A stretch of 64,000 nt of DNA from an uncultured Thermoleophilia bacterium (GTDB lineage Bacteria > Actinomycetota > Thermoleophilia > UBA2241): positions 24,631 through 88,630 of the forward strand of contig CAVUBA010000005.1 in the NCBI GenBank assembly GCA_963739595.1, read 5' to 3'. Positions 1 to 8,323 of this stretch are shown here, one piece after another. A program made the position numbers and the translations under genes. Position 1 is the stretch's first letter. Each line of letters starts with the position of its first letter. The notes beneath the pieces were generated by a model. The model did not search any database, had not been told where the DNA came from, and worked only from the letters and a program-made list of their open reading frames with translations.

Positions 1-207
1 TACTGCGGCGAGATGAACGAGAAGTACTTCGGCAGGCTCATGCTCTACAAGGCGCTCTCGGCCATCTGGTGGGGAGTCTGGGCGATGATCCAGCACACGG
101 TGTCGCAGATCGACTTCGACTACATGGAGTGGGGGATGGAACGCGTCGGCCGCGCAGAAGGCGTCGTGAACGACCCCGACTACCAGCAGTGGCTGGCAGC
201 ACAGTGA
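1..207 (+). CDS. 3' end of an unidentified ORF (5' partial)
   Basis: Frame 1 is open from base 1 (YCGEMNEKYFGRLM...) to TGA at 205-207. Only about 68 codons fall inside the window and I recognise no family. Confidence 0.4.
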   Translation, partial: YCGEMNEKYFGRLMLYKALSAIWWGVWAMIQHTVSQIDFDYMEWGMERVGRAEGVVNDPDYQQWLAAQ

Positions 208-244
208 AACGGCGACCCGCGTACGCGGCGAAAGGGGGAACGGC

Positions 245-1192
245 GTGAAGGTAAGGCTCTTCTTCGCCACGGACGTCCATGGTTCGGAGGTCTGCTGGCG
301 TAAGTTCATCAACTCGGCCGCCCACTATGAGGCCGACGTCCTCATCCTCGGCGGCGACATGACCGGCAAGGCGATCGTGCCGATCACGCAGACGGCGCCC
401 GAGCACTGGCGCTATCACATGCTCGACATCACCCATGAGCTCGAGGGCGCCGACGAGCTCGCCAAGGGCGAGCGCCTCATCAAGGATCACGGCTACTATC
501 CCGTGACGCTGACGCCCGAGGAGCGCGACGAATACACGAGCGACGAGGACAAGCTGGAGGAGCTGTTCCACGAGCAGATGCGCAAGACCGTGGAGAGCTG
601 GGTCGAGTGGGCGGACGCGAAGCTCGAGAGCATGAACATCCAGTGCATCGTGTGCCCGGGCAACGACGACCGCTTCGACATCGACGACATCCTCAAGACT
701 TCCAAGCACATCATGGTCGGCGAGGGCAACGTCCTCGATCTTCCCGAAGGGTATCAGCTCGCCTCGAGCGGCTGGACCAACCTGACGCCCTGGGACACCC
801 CGCGCGAGGAGGACGAGCCCAAGCTCAAGCAGCGCATCCTCGAAATCGTCAAGCAGGCGACCGTGCCGCCCGAGCGCCTCGTGCTCGGCTTGCACGCCCC
901 GCCCTACGACACGCAGCTCGACGTAGCTCCGAAGATCGACTGGGACACGCTCACCGTCCAGGGTCAGGACTCGGCGCACGTCGGCTCCACCGCCGTACGG
1001 GAGGTGATCGAAGAGGTCCAGCCCATCCTTTCGCTGCACGGGCACATCCACGAGAGCCGCGCCGCGGTGCGCATCGGCCGCACGCTGGCCATCAACCCCG
1101 GCAGCTCCTACACCGAGGGCATGGTCGCGGGCTGTGTCGTCGACCTCGATGGCAAGAGCAAGCTGAAGCGCTACAGGCTGACGTCCGGGTGA
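245..1192 (+). CDS. calcineurin-like metallophosphoesterase
   Basis: Intact 315-aa ORF with GTG start preceded by GGGGGA. Carries the motif series DVHGS, GGDMTGK, GNDD and HGHIHE typical of metallophosphoesterases. Confidence 0.8.
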   Translation: MKVRLFFATDVHGSEVCWRKFINSAAHYEADVLILGGDMTGKAIVPITQTAPEHWRYHMLDITHELEGADELAKGERLIKDHGYYPVTLTPEERDEYTSDEDKLEELFHEQMRKTVESWVEWADAKLESMNIQCIVCPGNDDRFDIDDILKTSKHIMVGEGNVLDLPEGYQLASSGWTNLTPWDTPREEDEPKLKQRILEIVKQATVPPERLVLGLHAPPYDTQLDVAPKIDWDTLTVQGQDSAHVGSTAVREVIEEVQPILSLHGHIHESRAAVRIGRTLAINPGSSYTEGMVAGCVVDLDGKSKLKRYRLTSG

Positions 1193-1272
1193 GGGTACCC
1201 GGAGTGACGGAGGGTCCCGGCGGGCGCGTCACGCGCCGTCCGGGCAGCAACGACAAAAGGGGGACTTAGCTG

Positions 1273-2901
1273 ATGGCGACTGACGCCGGCAAGCCAGCCG
1301 AGCAGACTCTGTTCGTCCGCAAGGCGAGCGGTCTGGTCAAGGGCTGGTCGACGGGAGACGGGTTCAGGTACTCGTTCTTCTCGACCAACATCTTCCTGGG
1401 GATCTGGGGCTTTCTGTACGCCGTGTTCATCCCCGGCGGCAGCGTGTTCTGGTCCATCATCATCTGTACGCTGTTCGTGCTCCTCGAGGTCGTGGTCTAC
1501 GCGGGTCTGATCTCCGCGATGCCACGAGCAGGCGGCGACTACATCTGGCAGTCACGCGTGTTCCACAGCTCGGTCGGCTTCATCTTCGGGGCGACGGGCT
1601 GGTGGTTCATCCTGTGGCTCTGGATCCCGATCTACGCCGCCCTGTGCGTCAACTCGTTCATCAAGCCGATCCTGCGCATCGTCGGCGCCGGCGGCGCCGC
1701 CGACTGGCTCACGACCCAGTGGGGCATCTTCGTCGCCTCGCTGGCGACGATCGCCCTCGCGACCTACCTCGTCGCCGTCGGCATGAAGGCCTACGCCAAC
1801 TTCCAGAAGTGGGCCCTCTGGATCGGCCTCGCGGGTTGCGCCGTGGCCGCCATCCTGCTCCTCGTCACGACGAAGGCGCACTTCATCACCTCCTTCAACC
1901 GTGAGATGTTCGACCTCTACGGCGCCAAGGACGCCTACGCGACCACGATCAAGAACGCCGGCGAGGGCATGCCGTCGTCGATGTTCGCCGGCACCTTCAA
2001 GGACACGTTCAAGCTCCTCCCGGTCATGGCCTTCTGGCTTCTGTGGCCGGTGTGGGGCGCCACGCTGTACGGCGAAGTCCGCGGCGCCAAGGACTTCCGC
2101 AAGAACATCTACCAGATGGCCGGCGGCCTGCTCGCCGCCGTCGCCATCGTCATCGCGTTCCTGTTCCTCGTCACCAAGACGATGGGCTGGACCTTCTTCG
2201 AGGCCAGCGCCAACGGCTACATGGGCGCCCTGTACGCGTACATCGACCCCACGAAGCTCCCGGCCGGCAGCGACTACCTCTCGCCGACCGCCATGACCTC
2301 CTGGATCGTCAACAACAGCGTCTTCCAGGTCATCCTCATCGCCGTGATCTCCCTGATCGTGTTCGGCTGGTGGGGCACGGTGTTCCTGAGCTCGACGCGC
2401 ATGATCTTCGCGTCGGCGTTCGACCGCATCCTGCCCGAGAGCGTCGCCAAGGTGACGTCGGGCGGCGTGCCGGTCAACGCGCTGCTGCTCATGGCCATCC
2501 CGTCGGTCATCGTGTCCGCGTTCTACGCGTTCCAGCCGTCGTTCGTGCAGCTCACCTACGACGCCACCCTGGTGATCGCGGTCATGTTCTTCGTCACCGG
2601 CTGCGCGTTCGTGGCCATGCCGTTCCGCGCCAAGGCCATCTGGCAGAACTCGGCGCTGCCCAAGGGCCCGATCCTCCCGATCGTCGGGATCATCTACGTG
2701 CTCTTCATGGCGGGCATGCTGATCGCCTGGTTCTACGACAAGCTCAACGTCTACGGCGTCGGCTACAAGAACAAGAACTCCATGATCTTCATGGCGATCC
2801 TGTACGTGGCCGCCATCGTCATCTGGATCGCCGCGTGGGCGATCCGCAAGCGTCAGGGCATGGAGCTCGAGGCCGTCGCCAAGGAGATCCCGGTCGAGTA
2901 A
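1273..2901 (+). CDS. APC-superfamily (amino acid/polyamine/organocation) permease
   Basis: Intact 542-aa ORF that is hydrophobic throughout, with about 12 membrane-spanning stretches and APC-like sequence character. Ends TAA. Confidence 0.8.
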   Translation: MATDAGKPAEQTLFVRKASGLVKGWSTGDGFRYSFFSTNIFLGIWGFLYAVFIPGGSVFWSIIICTLFVLLEVVVYAGLISAMPRAGGDYIWQSRVFHSSVGFIFGATGWWFILWLWIPIYAALCVNSFIKPILRIVGAGGAADWLTTQWGIFVASLATIALATYLVAVGMKAYANFQKWALWIGLAGCAVAAILLLVTTKAHFITSFNREMFDLYGAKDAYATTIKNAGEGMPSSMFAGTFKDTFKLLPVMAFWLLWPVWGATLYGEVRGAKDFRKNIYQMAGGLLAAVAIVIAFLFLVTKTMGWTFFEASANGYMGALYAYIDPTKLPAGSDYLSPTAMTSWIVNNSVFQVILIAVISLIVFGWWGTVFLSSTRMIFASAFDRILPESVAKVTSGGVPVNALLLMAIPSVIVSAFYAFQPSFVQLTYDATLVIAVMFFVTGCAFVAMPFRAKAIWQNSALPKGPILPIVGIIYVLFMAGMLIAWFYDKLNVYGVGYKNKNSMIFMAILYVAAIVIWIAAWAIRKRQGMELEAVAKEIPVE

Positions 2902-2929
2902 CGGGATTCGCCTGGACGGCGTGAAGACC

Positions 2930-2965
2930 GGCGCCGGCGGCGGCCACAGGGCCGCCGCCGGCGCC
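2930..2965 (+). terminator. perfect GC hairpin after the permease gene
   Basis: Arm GGCGCCGGCGGCGGCC (2930-2945), loop ACAG, and exact complementary arm (2950-2965). No U-tract follows. Confidence 0.55.
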
Positions 2966-3060
2966 CTCACGAAGACGAACACGCAGAGCAGACAAGCACA
3001 GCGAAACCCCCGGGACGGCCTGGGACTTCTGACAGCGACACAGTGGAGGGCCGTAGTGAT

Positions 3061-4468
3061 ATGACGAAGATCCTGACGAGAATGGGTGACAACTCGAACG
3101 TCGAGTTCACCAGGGACGAGCTCCGCCAGGAGTTCATCGACGGGTCGGAGTTCGCGGCCAAGAAGGCCAAGGTTCCGCCTCTGACCGAGAACGAGATCGA
3201 CTGGCTGGTCGACATGTTCGCTGCCCCGACGCGCATCTGGGGAGTGGAGCGTGGCCACGAGGTCGTCATGACCAAGGACGGGTGCGTCAACGCGCTGAAC
3301 TCGTCGCAGATGTCCAGCGGCGTGGTCGCGCCGGTCAACCGTGAGGTCGGCGTGCGTCTCTTCGAGTCGATGCTCGGCTTCGACTCCATGGAGATCTCGC
3401 ACAACGACTACTCGGTGAAGCCGCAGCGCTTCCTCAAGAAGCTCGAGATGCTCCATGTCGAGATCCTGCAGGAGACCACGATCTTCCCGCTGCTCTACGG
3501 GTTCATGCCGAACCTCGGGCCTGTACTTCAAGACCGACGGTCCCTTCGACAACCCCTACGACCTCATGCAGCAGGGCAAGATCAAGGAGTCGCAGGAGAC
3601 GCAGGAGGCGGCCGGCGCCAAGTGCCTCGAAGACTGCATCGAGATGAGCGACTGCATGGTCGAGATGGGCGCCGACGGCATCGACTACGACACCGTGGCG
3701 TCCACCGGCGACGGTGAGTTCGCTGCGGTACTCAAGAGCACCGAGCACGTCGCCAAGGAGACCGGCATGCCGGTCGAGATCGGCATGTCGACCGAGATGG
3801 TGACCGGCATCCACGGCACCATCGAGTACAACGGCAAGAGACTGGCCGGCATGTGGCCGCATCAGCAGCTGCAGGTGTGCGAGGAGGCCGGCGTCGCGAT
3901 CTTCGGCCCGGTCAGCACGACCAACACCAAGAAGTCCACGCCGTGGAACCTCGGCAAGGCGCTGGTGTTCGTCAAGTCGTGCACCGACATCGCCAAGGTG
4001 CCGATCCACCCGAACGTGGGCATGGGCGTCGGCGGCGTGCCGATGTTCGAGACCCCGGCGGTCGACGTCGTGACCCGCTGCAGCGCGGCCATGATCGAGA
4101 TCGGCAAGGCCGACGGGTTGTAGGTGGGTACTGGTGACCCCGCCGGCATGCACATGGCGCATCTGTTGGCCTCGTCCATGGGCGGCATCAGGGCAGCGGG
4201 AGATCTCGTTGCTCGTATGCAGCTCAGCAAGAAGATGAGGATCGACGAAGCCAAGAAGTACGTCGCCGACAAGCTCCACGTGACCCCGCGGGACCTCAGT
4301 GATCCCTACACGATGCGGCTTCTCAGGGAGGAGCTCGACATCGGGACGATCACGGGCGTCCCCGGCGTGGCCAAGGGCATCGCCGCCAAGGCGCGCATCG
4401 CCCAGCTGCTCGACATCGAGATCAACTGCGTCGAGCAGTTCAAGAACAAGACCGGACTGCACTACTGA
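3061..4468 (+). CDS. mtbB: dimethylamine:corrinoid methyltransferase MtbB homologue with in-frame TAG (putative pyrrolysine) and one 1-nt insertion
   Basis: ATG 3061 lies 10 nt after GGAGGG. Three ORF pieces (3043.., 3455..4123, 4124..4468) join into about 468 aa collinear with MtbB (...[24 protein letters not shown]..., ...[13 protein letters not shown]..., ...[23 protein letters not shown]...AAGDLVARM...). An extra C at about 3520 shifts the frame. TAG 4121-4123 is in frame. Confidence 0.85.
4121..4123 (+). other. in-frame amber codon, candidate pyrrolysine codon
   Basis: ORF 3455..4123 and ORF 4124..4468 share one frame and are separated only by this TAG. MtbB-like conservation continues for 114 codons after it. 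Confidence 0.8.
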
Positions 4469-4476
4469 GTCTGTGA

Positions 4477-4516
4477 GGGGGCCCGGCCGGCCGCGTCAGC
4501 GGCCGGCCGGGCCCCC
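4477..4516 (+). terminator. perfect 18-bp GC hairpin after mtbB
   Basis: GGGGGCCCGGCCGGCCGC (4477-4494), loop GTCA, then GCGGCCGGCCGGGCCCCC (4499-4516), followed by the T-containing run GTCTTCTTCC. Confidence 0.65.
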
Positions 4517-4537
4517 GTCTTCTTCCCGATCGCGAGG

Positions 4538-5209
4538 ATGGCCGTGGACCAGGACCGCCGAGAGCTCGTCATGTTCGACTTCGACGGCGTGATCGTCGAC
4601 TCGCTCGACGTGTTCAGCACCGCCTTCATCGACGCCTGCACCGCGGCCGGCGTCCCCGGCTTCGCCACGACGGACGACCTGCTGGCGGTCATGGAGGACA
4701 ACTTCTACGCCGGCATGCGCGCGCGGGGCGTGGACGACGCGCGCGTCGCGGACGTGCTGCACCGGCTCGGCGACGCGCTGATCCGCGCCCGCCACTGGCT
4801 CAAGCCGTTCCCGCTCGTGCCGCAGGTGATCGAGGATCTGGCCGACGCGCGCACCGTCGTCATCGTCACGTCGAGCCCGACCGAGGTCGTGGAGGGCTGG
4901 CTGCGCACGCACGAGGTCCACGGCGTGGCCGAGGTGGCCGGCGCCGAGACGGCGCGCAGCAAGGTCGACAAGATCGACGCGCTCCTGGCCCGGTTCCCCG
5001 GCCAGGAGGTCTACTGGTACGTCGGCGACACGGCCGGCGACATCCGCGAGGCGCGCGAGGCCGGCGTGACGCCGCTCGGCGTCTCCTGGGGCTGGCACGA
5101 GCCGGAGATGCTCATGGAGGCCGGCGCGGAGCGCGTCGCCTACTCGCCGGCCGAGCTGCTCACGATCATCGCGCCGGAGCTCGCCGGCGACTTCTTCGGC
5201 GCCGGCTGA
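4538..5209 (+). CDS. HAD-superfamily hydrolase (phosphoglycolate phosphatase-like)
   Basis: Intact 223-aa ORF with the N-terminal FDFDGVIVDS motif, a later VTSS motif and the YVGDTAGD motif. An alternative ATG start lies at 4571. Confidence 0.8.
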   Translation: MAVDQDRRELVMFDFDGVIVDSLDVFSTAFIDACTAAGVPGFATTDDLLAVMEDNFYAGMRARGVDDARVADVLHRLGDALIRARHWLKPFPLVPQVIEDLADARTVVIVTSSPTEVVEGWLRTHEVHGVAEVAGAETARSKVDKIDALLARFPGQEVYWYVGDTAGDIREAREAGVTPLGVSWGWHEPEMLMEAGAERVAYSPAELLTIIAPELAGDFFGAG

Positions 5210-5284
5210 GGGCGGCGCGGGGCGGTAGTCGCTTCGGTGGACGTGCGCGCTGCTTTCAGGCGCGCCTGCTTCGTGCCGAGCGCC

Positions 5285-5730
5285 TCATCCCTCACGGCTC
5301 TCGAGCGCGGCGGCGGCCGCCGGCCAGGCGTTCCGCCGTCTTCCTCGCTGAACCCGCCCGAGTCCGCGAACGCGACCACTCCGGCGGCGTCGAGCAGCAC
5401 GACCTGCGTGCGCCAGCCGCCGCCGTCGCCGATGAACGTCCGCGCTCGCGTGCCGTCGTCGTACAGGGTCACGACGCGCGCCCAGAGGCTCGGCGGCACG
5501 CCGCCGCGCATGCCGCCGTCGATCCAGCCCTGCAGCGGCCGCCACAGGCGCGAGGAGATGATGGGAAGCTCGTAGACGACGAGGTCCGGCAGCCGTCGCG
5601 CGGCGAACGCAGCCCAGCGGTCGACGTCCTCCTGCGTCCCGCGCCGGTAGGCGCAGAGCAGCAGCGCCGGCGCGCCGGCGAGGTCCTCGGGAAGGCGCAC
5701 GACCTCGCCCGAGAGGGCTCTCCCGGCCAC
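5285..5730 (-). CDS. hypothetical protein (probable frame break near 5330)
   Basis: GTG start at 5730. The first 130 or so codons look protein-like. The ORF-track tail (to 5140) is Pro/Arg-rich and overlaps the HAD gene, whereas an alternative frame ends ...AWPAAAAALESREG at 5285. No family recognised. Confidence 0.4.
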
Positions 5731-5769
5731 CGACGGGAAGCGGCGCCCGATGATGCTCGTCGATCACGG

Positions 5770-6009
5770 TCATGGCTCTCTTCGTCTCTCCTCTTCCTCC
5801 GGCAGCGGCCGCCCGTCGGGTCCCAGGCCCATCTCGCGCCAGGCCCTGCGCCGCCGCGCCCGCAGCGGTATCGTGGCCGCCCAGAGGAGGAGCAGGAAGG
5901 CGGCCATGCCGGCGGCCCAGAAGAGCGCGAGCTTCACGCCGCTCGACCACACCAGCAGGAAGATGAAGAGCGCCGTGAAGGCGATGGCGGCGATGCGCCA
6001 GTAGAGCAC
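5770..6009 (-). CDS. small membrane protein
   Basis: GTG at 6009 is preceded by GAGGAGG and lies 4 nt after the upstream stop. It has two hydrophobic helices (RIAAIAFTALFIFLLVW, LALFWAAGMAAFLLLLWAA) and a charged tail. Confidence 0.45.
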   Translation of the reverse strand: MLYWRIAAIAFTALFIFLLVWSSGVKLALFWAAGMAAFLLLLWAATIPLRARRRRAWREMGLGPDGRPLPEEEERRREP

Positions 6010-6013
6010 GGCC

Positions 6014-7226
6014 TCAGGCCTCCTCAGCGGCGGCGCGGCGAGCGGAAGGCGGCGAGGTCGCCCGGCCGTGGCACCTCGTCGTCGCCGCGGGGCGTCGGGA
6101 GAGCCCCGCCGCGCGCCAGGTCGCCGCGGGACCGCCGTCCCCGGCGGCATCGTTCGAACCACGCAGGCCGTAGCGGCCGTGTCCCAGCTCGGTGACGATC
6201 GGAGAGTACGCGATGCGGTTGTTGAAGCTGGAGAGCTTCATGCCGGCGGCCAGGCAGGCGCGCTCGAGCTCGTGCCGGTCAGCCTCTCCGCCGGCCTCGG
6301 TGAGCGCGCGCAGCAGGGTGAGCTCCGTGGTCTCGAGGACGTCCTCGGCGCGCTGCCGGGTCTCCGCCACGACGAGGTCGCCGGCGACGGTCACTCCGGG
6401 GAGCCGCTCGCAGAGCTCCGCCAGGATGTACTCGGGCATCACGAACTCGCGCATGCGCTCGTCGCGGCGGATGCCGGCGTGCAGGTCGTGCAGGCGCACC
6501 GCGCCGGTGATGCTGAGCACCTTGGCGACGCGCGACGCCACGGCGTTCTTGGCGACCGACGGCAGGAAGAACCAGCCCGTGCGCCGTTCGAGCCAGACGA
6601 AGTCCGCGGGCTCGGAGACGACCGCCGTGACCAGCTCGTCGTCGACCCAGACGGCGAGGTCGGCGGCGACGCGGCCCGTGACTTCTCCGACGCGGGCCGC
6701 GCCCGACCGGCGCACGATGGCGCGGGCGGTGTCGGCGACGGCGGCGATGACGGCCACCGTGTCGTTCCCCGGGTCCGGCGGGTCGGGCAGGACCACGGTG
6801 ACGTCCTTGACCGTCTCGAGGGTGAAGGTGGGGTCGCGGCGGAGGACGGCGGCGGCCGTGAGCAGGCCCGCCGGGTCGAACGGCCGCGCCGAGATGTGCT
6901 CGTCGGCGAGGCGGCGGGCCAGGTCGTGCGCCGTCGTCGGCGCCGCGTGCGCGGCGAGGACGAGCGCGCGGTCGAGCGCCGGCGTCGGCTCCTGCTCCGG
7001 CGCGGAGCCGCTGCGACAGCCGTTCGCACAGCTGGCGCACTCGCTCGCGGGTGATCTCGCCGAACTCGCGGCCGGTGACCTCCAGCGTGGCGCCGCCGCG
7101 TCCGTCCCAGCCCCAGTGACGCACGGCGAGCTGCGCCGTGCGGCCGGGTTCGGCTCGTTCGGCGATATCGGCCAGTTCGGCCTCGAGAGGACGATCGGAC
7201 AGCTCCACGGGGGTCTCCACTTCCAC
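6014..7226 (-). CDS. hypothetical DNA-binding protein with sigma-70 region-4-like HTH (frame break near 7020)
   Basis: The N-terminus is in the frame of ORF 6279..7328 (...TLEVTGREFGEITRERVRQLCERL...), then homology-free but protein-like sequence continues in the frame of ORF 6014..8185. The start codon (GTG 7226 or 7220) is uncertain. Confidence 0.5.
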
Positions 7227-7389
7227 GCTGCTCGCTTGTCGAGAGGATACACCAGGCAGCCCCGGCGAGCGTGGGTGAAGAACCTCGTCAGTGGGCAGAA
7301 TCGCCACGTGGGGGCGGCGTACTCCCACGCCTCAGCGGCCTGCACTATGATGTGGCGGACCGCCCAAGCCCGCGTCTGAGGGGAGCTCG

Positions 7390-8272
7390 ATGGCCGACAA
7401 GGCGAAGGACAAGAAGAAGGCCGACGCTGTCGAGACGACGTCCGGGCCGCTGCCGGACATGAGCACGCCGCCCGCCGAGAAGGCGCGGGCACCACAAGAA
7501 GATCGACCGCGAGACGTACGAGGCCGAGATCGAGAAGCTCCAGGTCGAGCTCGTCAAGCTCCAGGAGTGGATCAAGCACGCCGGGCTGCGCGTCGCGGTG
7601 ATCTTCGAGGGCCGCGACGCCGCCGGCAAGGGCGGCACGATCAAGCGCGTCACCGAGCACCTCAACCCGCGCGTCGTGCGCATCGCCGCCCTCGCCACGC
7701 CGACCGAGCGCGAGCGCACGGAGTGGTACTTCCAGCGCTACGTGGAGCACCTGCCGGCGGCCGGCGAGATGGTCCTCTTCGACCGCTCCTGGTACAACCG
7801 GCCCGGCGTCGAGCGCGTGATGGGCTTCTGCACCGAGGACGAGGTGTGGGAGTTCTTCCGCACCTGCCCCGAGTTCGAGCGCATGCTCATCCGCAGCGGG
7901 ATCATCCTGCTCAAGTACTGGTTCAGCGTCAGCGACGAGGAGCAGGAGAAGCGGTTCCAGGCGCGCCTCAAGGACCCGCTCAAGGTCTGGAAGCTCAGCC
8001 CGATGGACCTGGCGAGCCGCATGCGCTGGATCGAGTACTCGCAGGCCAAGGACGAGATGTTCAGCTACACCGACACCAAGGACTCGCCCTGGTGGGTGGT
8101 CAACGCCGACGACAAGCGCCGCGCGCGGCTGAACATGATCCACCACCTGCTCAGCCAGATCCCGTACGAGGACGTGACGCACCACGACCTCAAGCTCGAT
8201 GAGCGGCCGCCGGACAAGGGGTATGTGCGGCCGCCGATCGACAGCCAGACGTTCGTGCCCGAGCTGTACTGA
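7390..8272 (+). CDS. ppk2: polyphosphate kinase 2 (frame break near 7485-7492)
   Basis: Contains GRDAAGKGG (Walker A) and the ...FDRSWYNR... and ...LLKYWFSVS..EQ..RF.. motifs of PPK2. The Lys-rich N-terminus from ATG 7390 is in another frame. The PPK2 frame has a stop at 7460-7462 and no start codon before 7598. Confidence 0.85.
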
Positions 8273-8323
8273 ACCTCTCCGGCGGTCGATCGCACGCGCC
8301 CGCGTGCGGCCAGGCGCTGGTCC

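Noticed and set aside
3511-3525. Programmed +1 ribosomal frameshift in mtbB.
   Set aside because: There is no recognisable slippery or hungry-codon context. Comparable single-base indels occur in about 25 other genes of the window, so error or decay is far more likely. It is kept only as a caveat in the findings.
4124-4230. PYLIS-like stem-loop immediately downstream of the mtbB TAG.
   Set aside because: Only short, interrupted complementarities are visible (for example CCGCC...GGCGG and CATG...CATG). That is no more than expected in GC-rich coding sequence, and PYLIS is in any case not established for mtbB.
6014-8185. A 723-aa minus-strand ORF presented as one gene.
   Set aside because: It is composite. 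Only about 6014-7030 is protein-like (the C-terminal part of the HTH protein). The portion from 7390 to 8185 is antisense to the PPK2 gene.
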